Source of the DNA: Chamaesiphon sp.
GTDB lineage: Bacteria; Cyanobacteriota; Cyanobacteriia; Cyanobacteriales; Chamaesiphonaceae
DNA: 64,000 nt
Direction: 5' to 3'
NCBI GenBank assembly: GCA_965246715.1
Contig: CBDFFH010000055.1
Coordinates: forward strand, 64,001 to 128,000
Shown here: one piece after another, positions 42,473-51,873 of the stretch
How the letters are laid out: each line of letters opens with the position of its first letter
Position numbering within the stretch: the stretch's first letter is position 1
Program-made: the position numbers and the translations under genes
Notes under the pieces: model-generated
The model's database searches: none
What the model saw: the letters and a program-made list of their open reading frames with translations, nothing else
What the model was told of the DNA's origin: nothing

Positions 42473-43333
42473 TCACAATCTAAAACTAACTGGAATTTTA
42501 TCTGCATTGTTACATTTAGAACAAATAACACCTACATATCTAGAGAAAACTGATGGATAACTTATGCTAGGGAAAGGCTCGTTTAATGTGAAAATCATTC
42601 CAAATCCACATTGAGAACATTTATGTACATCTTGAGCAGCATTATCGAATTTCAAGAGGTGATTATTGCTCACTAAAGGTATCGCACGTGTAATATTTAC
42701 ACTTCTTCCCCGTTGTTGAGCTTTAGATTTATCCTCAAGATTAATTACAAGTTGCTTGGCAAGAGCTTCAGAAGTTTGAATTAGATTTAACATCACTTCT
42801 CTTTCTATTTCTAATCTTCCAGTTCGTTCTTGCATTTCAGCGATAAAAGATATTTGTTCCTCCTTTGTCATTTCGATGTCTAAAAAGTCTAGTCGAATAC
42901 CATAACAAGTCGGTTGGTTGATAATTCCGGCAATTCTTTCTAAATGAAATATTTCGACTTCTGCCGTCGAGTTGGAAATCTCCTTTAATTTCTCCCGTTC
43001 GCCCAATGTTAATTCTTGATTTGTTATAAATGCTATGCCATCAACTTGATTTGTAGCTACACCCTGAAAATCATCTTTGAATTTTTTTGCGATAGTATTG
43101 AACTCTTGCTGACCTCTCGGGAAATATACTGCTCCAATCCACTTTTTCCCATCTCGTTCACATACAATATCTTTCATTCCATCTCGCCCACCTAACGGAT
43201 GGGAAGGGTCGATCGATCGAAAACCCTCTACTTTCAAAATAAGAGCTGCTAACCTTTCTGGTGGTGGGCTACCTCTATCCCAATCTTTCAAGCGAACCCA
43301 AGTTTCTTTACCGCCAGTTTGTCTCACCGACAT
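42473..43333 (-). CDS. Restriction-endonuclease-like (PD-(D/E)xK/Mrr-like) protein with C-terminal CxxC pairs
   Basis: ERLAALIL..EGF, GGRDGMKDI, AFITNQ.LT, EIFHLERI; CSQC and CSKC; visibly AT-rich; ATG 43333. Confidence 0.55.
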   Translation of the reverse strand: MSVRQTGGKETWVRLKDWDRGSPPPERLAALILKVEGFRSIDPSHPLGGRDGMKDIVCERDGKKWIGAVYFPRGQQEFNTIAKKFKDDFQGVATNQVDGIAFITNQELTLGEREKLKEISNSTAEVEIFHLERIAGIINQPTCYGIRLDFLDIEMTKEEQISFIAEMQERTGRLEIEREVMLNLIQTSEALAKQLVINLEDKSKAQQRGRSVNITRAIPLVSNNHLLKFDNAAQDVHKCSQCGFGMIFTLNEPFPSISYPSVFSRYVGVICSKCNNADKIPVSFRL

Positions 43334-43461
43334 TCGTACCACTTCTAACAGCAACTTAAATTATATAGTTTTTATCCCGATCAAACCATTGGCTTTAGAG
43401 CTATGTAACCATCCTGTAATAGCATGATTGCTATGCGATCGATACACGATCTAGCCATTTA

Positions 43462-43504
43462 TGTATCAAGCGCTACAAAATAAATCAACAAACCTGCATA
43501 GCCT
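43462..43504 (+). promoter_or_regulatory. NtcA-activated promoter of nirB
   Basis: tGTA-TCAAGCGC-TACa (43463-43476), exactly 22 nt, then TAGCCT (TAN3T) at 43499-43504. Confidence 0.8.
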
Positions 43505-43548
43505 TAGATAGACTTAAGGATTTTAGTACCTACAGGTATTCAGGTGAT

Positions 43549-46077
43549 ATGGCGAAACGATTAGTGGCGATCGGCAATGGCATGGTCGGTCATCGATTCC
43601 TCGAACAGATGACGGCGAAGGGTGCAGATTGGGAACTGATTTCATTTTGCGAAGAGCCACGGGTTGCTTACGATCGCGTGAATCTCAGCGGCTACTTTGC
43701 AGGCAAGACGGCTGAAGATCTCTCGCTCGTCGAACCAGGATTTTATCAAGAGCGCAATGTGCAGATGTATGTTGGCGACAAGGTTGTCAGTATCGATCGA
43801 GCCAATCACACCGTCACTTCTGCAAAAGGTGTCACCGTCAGCTACGATAAATTGGTGCTCGCGACTGGTTCCTACCCCTTCGTCCCGCCGATTAAAGGTA
43901 ACGATCTTCAGGGTACCTTTGTCTATCGGACGATTTGCGATCTAGAGGCGATGGCGGAGTATGCCAAAACTTGTAAAGTGGGTGTCGTCGTCGGTGGTGG
44001 ATTGTTGGGATTAGAATGTGCCAACGCGCTGCAAAATTTGGGACTGAAAACTCACGTCGTCGAGTTTATGCCCCGTTTGATGCCCGTGCAGGTAGATGAA
44101 TTGGGTGGTGCGGTATTAAAGCAGAAAATCGAAGATTTGGGGATTGGCGTACATACGGGCAAATCTACCACTGAGATTGTGGGCGATGCCAATGGACGAG
44201 TGCAGAAGATGCAGTTTGCCGATGGGACAGAACTGGCAACCGAGATGATTGTCTTCTCTGCGGGGATTCGCCCCCAGGATGAGTTGGCGCGTCAATGTGG
44301 GTTGAAAGTGGGCGAACGGGGTGGCATTGCGATCGATGAATATTGTCAGACATCCGATCCGGATATTTATGCGATCGGGGAATGCGCTCTCTACGATAAT
44401 CGGATCTATGGTTTAGTCGCCCCTGGTTATCGGATGGCAGAAGTAGCCGCAGATCGGCTCTGTGGCATCGAAAGTAATAGTTTCATGGGCGCAGATATGT
44501 CCACCAAATTGAAGCTGTTGGGCATCGATGTTGCTAGCTTTGGGGATGCGTTTGGGACTACTACTGGCTCGAAAGTCATTGCCATTAATGATGCTGTCGC
44601 GGGTACTTATAAAAAGCTGGTAGTCGATGCTGAAGGGAAGTATTTATTAGGCGGGATCCTCGTTGGCGATGCAACGGTGTACGGCACATTGCTGCAATTA
44701 ATGCAAAATCAGATGGCATTACCACCCCATCCAGAGGATCTGATTTTACCGCCCCGCAGTGGGGCAACGCTGGCAATGGGTGTCGAACAATTTCCCGATA
44801 CGGCGCAAATTTGCTCCTGTAATAATGTTACCAAAGGTCAAATCTGTACTGCGATTCAAGAGCAGGAATTGCGAGATATCGGTAGCGTCAAAAGTTGTAC
44901 CAATGCGGGAACTGGTTGCGGTGGTTGCGTTCCCCTAGTTACCGATTTATTCAAATCCGAACTCAAAAAAGCCGGGATTGAAGTCAAAAATCACCTGTGC
45001 GAACACTTCGCCTTCTCGCGTCAGGAATTATATAGCCTAGTTCGATCGCAGCATATTCACACATTTACCGCACTACTCGATCGCTATGGTACCGGAAGCG
45101 GTTGTGAAATTTGCAAACCTGCTGTCGGTTCGATCCTCGCTTCTGCATGGAACGAGCAAGTTCTGGATGCGCCACACGTCGGCTTACAAGATACAAATGA
45201 TTCCTTCCTCGCCAATATTCAGCGTGATGGTACTTATTCGGTCATCCCGCGTATTCCTGGCGGCGAAATCACGCCAGATAAATTAATCGTCTTGGGTGAA
45301 GTTGCCAAAGAATTTGGACTATATACCAAGATTACGGGCGCACAACGCATCGATTTACTCGGCGCGCGGGTAGACCAATTGCCACACATTTGGCAAAAAC
45401 TGGTAGCGGCTGGGTTTGAATCGGGACATGCTTATGGGAAGGCACTGCGGACGGTGAAATCTTGTGTGGGCAGCACTTGGTGTCGCTTTGGCGTGCAGGA
45501 TTCGGTCGGACTATCGATCGAGGTAGAATTACGCTATCGCGGTTTGCGGGCACCCCACAAGCTCAAATCTGCTGTCTCTGGTTGTACTCGTGAATGTGCG
45601 GAGGCTCAAAGCAAGGATTTTGGGATTATCGCGACCGAGAAAGGTTGGAATCTATACCTATGTGGTAATGGGGGCATTAAACCCCAACATGCCCAACTCT
45701 TTGCTGCCGATTTAGACAAGGAAACGTTAATTCGGTATATCGACAGGTTCTTGATGTTCTACATCCGCACTGCCAATCGGTTGGAGCGTACCGCCACCTG
45801 GTTTAATAAGCTCGAAGGTGGGATGGAATACCTGCAACAGGTGATTATTGAGGATTCGTTAGGCATTGCTGAAGAATTAGAAGCAGAGATGGCACATCAG
45901 GTAGCTACCTATGCTTGTGAGTGGGATGTGACGCTCAAAGATCCGGTGAAATTGCAACGGTTCCAGCATTTCGTCAATAGTGATACTCCCGATCCGAATA
46001 TCGTGCAGGTTGAAGAGCGCGGTCAAAATCGCCCCGCCTACGAACACGAACGGCAGTTGATGGGAATTAAATCCTAA
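43549..46077 (+). CDS. nirB: NAD(P)H-dependent nitrite reductase large subunit
   Basis: FAD and NAD motifs (IGNGMVG, VGGGLLGLE), two BFD-like Cys clusters, siroheme/4Fe-4S motifs (KSCVGSTWC, SGCTRECAE). Confidence 0.95.
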   Translation: MAKRLVAIGNGMVGHRFLEQMTAKGADWELISFCEEPRVAYDRVNLSGYFAGKTAEDLSLVEPGFYQERNVQMYVGDKVVSIDRANHTVTSAKGVTVSYDKLVLATGSYPFVPPIKGNDLQGTFVYRTICDLEAMAEYAKTCKVGVVVGGGLLGLECANALQNLGLKTHVVEFMPRLMPVQVDELGGAVLKQKIEDLGIGVHTGKSTTEIVGDANGRVQKMQFADGTELATEMIVFSAGIRPQDELARQCGLKVGERGGIAIDEYCQTSDPDIYAIGECALYDNRIYGLVAPGYRMAEVAADRLCGIESNSFMGADMSTKLKLLGIDVASFGDAFGTTTGSKVIAINDAVAGTYKKLVVDAEGKYLLGGILVGDATVYGTLLQLMQNQMALPPHPEDLILPPRSGATLAMGVEQFPDTAQICSCNNVTKGQICTAIQEQELRDIGSVKSCTNAGTGCGGCVPLVTDLFKSELKKAGIEVKNHLCEHFAFSRQELYSLVRSQHIHTFTALLDRYGTGSGCEICKPAVGSILASAWNEQVLDAPHVGLQDTNDSFLANIQRDGTYSVIPRIPGGEITPDKLIVLGEVAKEFGLYTKITGAQRIDLLGARVDQLPHIWQKLVAAGFESGHAYGKALRTVKSCVGSTWCRFGVQDSVGLSIEVELRYRGLRAPHKLKSAVSGCTRECAEAQSKDFGIIATEKGWNLYLCGNGGIKPQHAQLFAADLDKETLIRYIDRFLMFYIRTANRLERTATWFNKLEGGMEYLQQVIIEDSLGIAEELEAEMAHQVATYACEWDVTLKDPVKLQRFQHFVNSDTPDPNIVQVEERGQNRPAYEHERQLMGIKS

Positions 46078-46134
46078 CAATCTGTAAGGGTGCTCCTTGT
46101 GGGTGCCTCCCCATTTATTAGAAAAATCTGTAAG

Positions 46135-46431
46135 ATGTCAGAGGAAACAATAAAACTGCATAATCTGCTCGAACGAGTCAAAGATAAAGAGACTTTTATT
46201 CTATTTATCGAAGCCTTAGCAGACGAGCGAGAACTGGCACAAGAAATCGAACGATCTAACCCTAAAAGTTATTGTATCGATGGAGCATTAGGTTGGAAAA
46301 ATGGGGATATATCTAGTTTCTTATCTGCTGGACTCTACTGTTTTGAAGATGAAGCATTTAATCATCCCCAACAAGAACCCAGTTGGCAAATGTTTGCAGA
46401 TTTCTTTTATTGTGGCAAAATAATGGATTAA
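46135..46431 (+). CDS. Small acidic hypothetical protein between nirB and nirD
   Basis: 98 aa, AT-rich; motifs W.N..I..FL and PSWQMFA..GK. Confidence 0.65.
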   Translation: MSEETIKLHNLLERVKDKETFILFIEALADERELAQEIERSNPKSYCIDGALGWKNGDISSFLSAGLYCFEDEAFNHPQQEPSWQMFADFFYCGKIMD

Positions 46432-46526
46432 CCATAAATGGTAGGTTAGTTACTATCTATATACCGTTTTACTTAGTGATTTTAGAGCCTAAACCATGCC
46501 AGCCTCCGATCGCTTAGCATAGATAT

Positions 46527-46565
46527 AACCCACCCCGCCCTATCGGGCACCCCTCTGCGGAGGGG
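46527..46565. repeat. Double-hairpin small dispersed repeat
   Basis: GCCC-TATC-GGGC followed by CCCCTC-TGCG-GAGGGG. Confidence 0.5.
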
Positions 46566-46616
46566 AATACCTGCGAGGGGTTAATGTTAAAGAGTAAATA
46601 ATAACTAATAATATTA

Positions 46617-46973
46617 ATGTCACAAATAGAATCAATCGAGCCAACAACTCAGCAATGGACTACTGTTTGTCCGTTAGATAGAATCTTACCGAATACGGGT
46701 GTATGTGCCTTAGTTAATGGCAAACAAATCGCCGTGTTTAGAGTTGGTGAAGGGATGGATGTGTATGCGATCGATAATTACGATCCGTTTAGTAAAGCGT
46801 ATGTTTTATCTAGAGGAATTGTGGGCGATCGCAATGGTATTCCCAAGGTTGCATCCCCAATCTATAAGCAAAATTTCAGCCTGCTCACCGGAGAATGTTT
46901 AGACAATTCGACAGTAACATTGTCAACATTTCCGATTCGTGTTGTTGATGGACAAGTGCAAGTTTGTAATTAG
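46617..46973 (+). CDS. nirD: Nitrite reductase small subunit
   Basis: PNTGVCAL, QIAVFR, YAIDNYDPFSKAYVLSRGIVGD, VASPIYKQ.F.L.TGECL. Confidence 0.95.
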   Translation: MSQIESIEPTTQQWTTVCPLDRILPNTGVCALVNGKQIAVFRVGEGMDVYAIDNYDPFSKAYVLSRGIVGDRNGIPKVASPIYKQNFSLLTGECLDNSTVTLSTFPIRVVDGQVQVCN

Positions 46974-46979
46974 AACGAG

Positions 46980-47006
46980 CGGGTGGTGGACACGATCCAT
47001 CACCCG
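46980..47006. terminator. Hairpin between convergent nirD and ABC permease
   Basis: CGGGTGGTGGA-CACGA-TCCATCACCCG followed by AGATTTTT. Confidence 0.65.
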
Positions 47007-47019
47007 AGATTTTTGGTAT

Positions 47020-47832
47020 CTAAAACTCTCTGCGCGAGAACACTACAGTAGTAATGACTAACAATGCCGCCGTATAAACCAAAGCATATCCAGCATTAGT
47101 AAGCAAGACATCAGCTTGTGGAACGAGTCCATAAACAGCTTCATTTTTGAGATCGAGTCGAGATAAATCTGGTAAGACTAAGTATAAATTATCGGTCATC
47201 TTTTGAAATCCAGGATTTTTGGTGACACCAGCAAGCTTGACCATACCTTCGCTCAAATGTCCGACTAGATAGAGTGAAAATGTGAGTAAAGTCGCTAGAA
47301 TAGAACTAGTAAACACGCCGAATAATAACGCTGCTGCTGTAATCAGGCATAGTTCTAAAAATAGGAACACTGATGTTAGGAGCATCGGCACTAATTGGAA
47401 ATTAATGTGCGCGAGACTGAGTAATAATAGATAAATAGCGGACATTCCCGCGACCAAAATTGCTAATACTGCAGATAAGCCCAAATGTTTGCCGATAATA
47501 AATTCGGCACTATTAATCGGTTTGGTGACTAAGACAAAGACAGTTCGCTTTTCAATTTCCTTATTGATTAGATTTGTACCGACGAAAATTGCAACGACGA
47601 CACCTAATAAACCCGCACTAGCAGGGCCGATATCGGTGAGAATTTTATCTTGTGCGGCACCAGAGACCTCTGGTAATAGTTGCCAAGCGGCAAACATCAG
47701 CACAGTATAGAATACTAGGATAAAAAAGATGCGATCGCGCATCACTTCCCGAAAAGTATTGCTAGCAACTGCCCAAATCCTAATCGCACTCATCCTGCTA
47801 GGCACCCTCCGGACAATTTGACTCGAATTCAT
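47020..47832 (-). CDS. ABC-2 type transporter permease
   Basis: NTFRE..RDR, INKEIEKRT...TKPI...FIIGKHLG, PDLSRLDLKNEAVYG, FSRREF; multiple TM helices. Confidence 0.85.
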   Translation of the reverse strand: MNSSQIVRRVPSRMSAIRIWAVASNTFREVMRDRIFFILVFYTVLMFAAWQLLPEVSGAAQDKILTDIGPASAGLLGVVVAIFVGTNLINKEIEKRTVFVLVTKPINSAEFIIGKHLGLSAVLAILVAGMSAIYLLLLSLAHINFQLVPMLLTSVFLFLELCLITAAALLFGVFTSSILATLLTFSLYLVGHLSEGMVKLAGVTKNPGFQKMTDNLYLVLPDLSRLDLKNEAVYGLVPQADVLLTNAGYALVYTAALLVITTVVFSRREF

Positions 47833-48164
47833 AATCTATAAACCTCTGCAATATCTAAAAATCGGGGAGATAAGTAATTGGTAAATGCGTTTTTCCGTTA
47901 GAGAATCAACATCTCTAGTGAGGGCGACGATACCGCCGTTGTGTGCAGGCTTTAGCGACGAAGATCGTGGTACCGCTACCCATCGAGGTACCAGTCATCT
48001 GGTAAAGATTTTGGGCGGCTGGTGTCGATCGGGGAAAGCCGACTTCAAGTAAGGTAAACAATAGACTCAAAATTGCTAATCCTAATTTTTGCATAAGCGA
48101 TCGATGATGAATTGAAATCTAAGTTGCTTAATCATATTACTACTCACCTGTCTCCTCTTCTGCC

Positions 48165-49400
48165 GTGAACGATCGTCCATCTCAAATTATTGTCATCGGT
48201 GGCGGTGCTGCTGGTTTTTTCGCGGCGATTACCTGCGCCGAAACATATCCCGCTACTCGCGTTACCCTGCTTGAAGCTGGGAAATATCCCCTGAGCAAGG
48301 TCAAAATCTCCGGTGGCGGTCGGTGTAATGTTACTCATGGCTGTTTCGATCCGTTGCCGCTCGTACAGCATTATCCACGCGGGAGTAAGGCGCTGCGCGG
48401 TGCCTTCAGTCGGTTTCAACCCCTGGATACCGTAGCTTGGTATGCCGATCGCGGGGTGAAACTCAAAACCGAAGCTGATGGGCGGATGTTTCCGACGACC
48501 GATGATTCGGAGACGATCGTCAGTTGCTTACTTGACTCAGCGACTGCTGCGGGAGTCAAAATCTGGACTGAGGCGGCTGTTGCGGAGATCGCCCCCCAAC
48601 AGCCGTCAGGTTGGATTGTCACCCTCAAAGCGGGGCAAACTTTGACAGCCGATCGATTGTTACTGGCCACGGGTAGCAATCCCAATGTGCATAAATGGGT
48701 GCGAGCGCTGGGGCATTCGATCGCCCCACCAGTACCCTCGCTATTTACTTTTAATATTCCCGATCCGCGCCTTGCCAATCTTGCAGGAGTCAGCGTCAAG
48801 TCTGCTGTTGTCAAACTCCCCACATCCAGCAAGACACCCTTAACCCAGACGGGAGCTTTATTAATTACCCATTGGGGTGTCAGCGGGCCAGCAGTGTTGA
48901 AATTATCTGCTTGGGGTGCGCGATTGCTGGCCGAATCTCGGTATCAGTTGCCGTTAATTATTAACTGGTTGCCAGATTATCAGATCGATCGGTTGCGGGA
49001 ATTGATGCTCGCAGTTAAGTCACAATTGCCGCAGAAGACGATTCAGAATAGTTGTCCAGTGCCGATTCCGCATCGGTTGTGGGAGTCCCTAACTGAGTAT
49101 GTGGGGATTCGATCGGGTGACAGGTGGGCGGGATTGGCAAATAAAACACTCGATAAGTTAATTATCGAACTCAATCGCGGTGAGTATCAGATTGCGGGGA
49201 AAGGTGTATTTAAGGAGGAATTTGTGACCTGTGGCGGGGTCGCTCTCAAGTCGGTGAATTTTCAGACGATGGAGAGTAAGATTTGTCCTGGCTTGTACTT
49301 TGCTGGAGAAATCTTGGATATCGATGGTGTCACTGGCGGGTTTAATTTCCAGAGCGCATGGACGACCGGATATCTAGCAGGGATGGCAATGGGTGCGTGA
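48165..49400 (+). CDS. HI0933/YhiN/BaiN-family flavoprotein
   Basis: IGGGAAG, KVKISGGGRCNVT, GRMFP, LITHWGVSGP, FAGEILDIDG.TGGFNFQ.AW. Confidence 0.92.
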   Translation: MNDRPSQIIVIGGGAAGFFAAITCAETYPATRVTLLEAGKYPLSKVKISGGGRCNVTHGCFDPLPLVQHYPRGSKALRGAFSRFQPLDTVAWYADRGVKLKTEADGRMFPTTDDSETIVSCLLDSATAAGVKIWTEAAVAEIAPQQPSGWIVTLKAGQTLTADRLLLATGSNPNVHKWVRALGHSIAPPVPSLFTFNIPDPRLANLAGVSVKSAVVKLPTSSKTPLTQTGALLITHWGVSGPAVLKLSAWGARLLAESRYQLPLIINWLPDYQIDRLRELMLAVKSQLPQKTIQNSCPVPIPHRLWESLTEYVGIRSGDRWAGLANKTLDKLIIELNRGEYQIAGKGVFKEEFVTCGGVALKSVNFQTMESKICPGLYFAGEILDIDGVTGGFNFQSAWTTGYLAGMAMGA

Positions 49401-49422
49401 GTGACGATCGATCGCACATGTC

Positions 49423-51054
49423 TCAAGAGATCGCCACTGCGATTTGTCGAGCCAGCTCTAGTGGGATAAATGGCTTATTGATAATATCCACCACGCCTAG
49501 TTTGGTTAATAATGGCTTGCCTGGTAGATAGACATTGGCCGTCAATAGTAAGACCGGAATGTTTTGAGTCGTATAATCGGCGCGAAGAGCGCGCAAGAAA
49601 GCTAACCCATCCATGTTCGGCATCATCACATCTAAGAGAATCGCATCTGGCAGCTGAGTGCGGACGCGGTTCAATCCTTCTTGTCCCGATGCCGCAGTCT
49701 GAATATCCCAACCTTTGAGCTTGCGCAGACACATCGACACGACTTCGCGGATACTGTCATCATCATCGATAATTAAAATTCGTTTAGCACCATCTTTGGG
49801 TATCTCCGCCAGGCGCTCTAGTATTACTGATTCCCCTGGATTTGGCTCAATCGATCCGGTAGTAAATTGGGTTTTGTCCAGATATTTATCGATCGTTTTG
49901 AGAATGGTTTCGGCACTAGCAGGTTTGCCAAGGAAGCCATTGGCTCCGACAAATTTACTCCGCACGCGATCGACCAAACCATCACTACCCGTTAAAATTA
50001 TCACCGGGATCTTTGCCAAACATGGTGTTTTCCGAATTTGTTCGCAGACCTCATAACCATTGGTTCCTGGCATTACTAGATCCAGAAAAATCAGGTCTGG
50101 TTTAGCCTTAATTAGAGTAGGGATTATTTTCTGTGATTCCTGAATCCCTAAGTACCGATACCCATTATTTGCGATAATTTTTTCGAGACTTTTACAAGCG
50201 ATCGGACTGTCATCGATACAGATAACTAGTGGTTCTAACCCGCTATTCTTTTTGATGATTTTAGAATTAGGTGTCACCGCTAATTGACGATCTTTATCCT
50301 CTGTTATCGAGATTGGTGACACAATTGTATCGTCGATGATATTTACATCGATATTGGATTGTGGTGGTGCGACTAGATTGACTATTGCCATTTTTAATAA
50401 TGGTAATAGATTCATCGCAACATCGAGATTCGATCGCTGAAGGTGAATAGCCAAACTTCTGAGCGATCGCTTGCCATCGATCTCTGACAAGATGTACTGC
50501 AAGTTTGAATCGTCGTTAAATTGGGAAATTTGCTCTGGTTTCTGGATCCACGGAAATAAACTGGGTGGATAGCTAGCCAGCCCATTACGCTCCCACTCAT
50601 ACCAAGATTGGATCGTGGCATGGAGCAGTGGTGTTAGATCTAATAGTGGCAAACTCGAATTTAATTTAATCCGATCTTCATGAGTGGGAATTATTTGAAA
50701 AGATAGTCGATCGCCTTTATTTTGACTGAATTGAATAATGTCAAATAAAATTTCCTTGACTGCCCATTCTTGGGCGAGTTTATTCGAGTTTAAAAATATT
50801 TCTTCACGATTGGTAGATTTGACCAATCGATCGACTGGCACATTGAGCGAAGCTAGTGCCAAGCTGCGCGTCCACCGACCGATCGCATCGATACCGCCAC
50901 CGATCCCGGCTAAACGTCCTGCCGAAAAGGACAACATCCAACTGGGAGTACCAGTTACCTGAATGATGACGTTACCCGTAAAAGCGGTTGTTTTAATCTG
51001 GTTGAACTCAACGATCGAGTCTCTAAAGCAGATATTATTTTTTCGATCGGTCAT
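49423..51054 (-). CDS. PatA-family response regulator with two receiver domains
   Basis: PATAN-like N-terminus (FTG.V, EILFDI, IDG.RSLRSLA); REC1 CIDDS..FLDLVMP..KP; REC2 IIDDD..LLDVMMP..KP. Confidence 0.8.
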   Translation of the reverse strand: MTDRKNNICFRDSIVEFNQIKTTAFTGNVIIQVTGTPSWMLSFSAGRLAGIGGGIDAIGRWTRSLALASLNVPVDRLVKSTNREEIFLNSNKLAQEWAVKEILFDIIQFSQNKGDRLSFQIIPTHEDRIKLNSSLPLLDLTPLLHATIQSWYEWERNGLASYPPSLFPWIQKPEQISQFNDDSNLQYILSEIDGKRSLRSLAIHLQRSNLDVAMNLLPLLKMAIVNLVAPPQSNIDVNIIDDTIVSPISITEDKDRQLAVTPNSKIIKKNSGLEPLVICIDDSPIACKSLEKIIANNGYRYLGIQESQKIIPTLIKAKPDLIFLDLVMPGTNGYEVCEQIRKTPCLAKIPVIILTGSDGLVDRVRSKFVGANGFLGKPASAETILKTIDKYLDKTQFTTGSIEPNPGESVILERLAEIPKDGAKRILIIDDDDSIREVVSMCLRKLKGWDIQTAASGQEGLNRVRTQLPDAILLDVMMPNMDGLAFLRALRADYTTQNIPVLLLTANVYLPGKPLLTKLGVVDIINKPFIPLELARQIAVAIS

Positions 51055-51193
51055 ATATCTAATTACTCAACCTTGCTGTTACAGCATCGACAGCTCCAGC
51101 AATTTAGGAGCCTCATTCAAAGGTACACAGCAAATATGGAGAAATTATGGAGGAATCCCCTAATAATGTAAAGAAATACGATCGTGAGATAAA

Positions 51194-51378
51194 TAACCTA
51201 AGTTGCTACCTACTGATTACCTGCGACTAAAGTCGCTGCTAATAGTGCAAAGTCCGCCTTCGCGGACTAAGAAATTCAGTCCGCGAAGGCAGGCTTTTGC
51301 CGCGAGCGGCAACAACCGGACTTTGCAATCCGAGCGGCGGTTTCTAACCGCTGGGGTTATAGGTAGCAACTTGGGTTA
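51194..51378. mobile_element. MITE-like element with 19-bp terminal inverted repeats and internal palindrome
   Basis: TAACCTAAGTTGCTACCTA ... TAGGTAGCAACTTGGGTTA (18/19); inner GCCTTCGCGGACT/AGTCCGCGAAGGC. Confidence 0.7.
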
Positions 51379-51388
51379 AATAGCTGGG

Positions 51389-51766
51389 TTAATCCCATTG
51401 GAGTAAGCGGCAAATTTCTATAGAAATTTGCAATGGGTCGAAGGGTTTGATAATCAGCCCGACAGCGCCGAGTTGTTGGTAGTGTAGCTGCTCGGCGCGT
51501 TGTACTTTCGCCGTGAGAAAGATCGTCGGAATCGATGCCGTTTGTGGATGTAGCTGAAGTTGTTGGATTGTCTCGATCCCACTCATCCCTGGCATCGAGA
51601 CATCTAGCAAAATTGCATCTGGTTGCTCTGCGATGGCAATTTCTATGGCTTCTGGCCCCGAGCTGGCGACGATCGCTTGCCATTTAGCTACTTTAATCAA
51701 GCACATTTTGACAACTGCCCGAATGCGTTCGTCATCGTCCACGATTAAAATTCGTTTGACTGTCAT
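51389..51766 (-). CDS. Single-domain response regulator (CheY/RcaF-like)
   Basis: ILIVDDD, PDAILLDVSMP, FLTA, KPF. Confidence 0.9.
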   Translation of the reverse strand: MTVKRILIVDDDERIRAVVKMCLIKVAKWQAIVASSGPEAIEIAIAEQPDAILLDVSMPGMSGIETIQQLQLHPQTASIPTIFLTAKVQRAEQLHYQQLGAVGLIIKPFDPLQISIEICRLLQWD

Positions 51767-51873
51767 TGGCAATTAGTACCGATAATTAAGGTTAAACAAG
51801 CTTACGAGCGAGCCAGTTCGAGCGATTGCCAACGGCTTACCATCCTAAGAGTGGCGATCGACTTGTGATAGAT

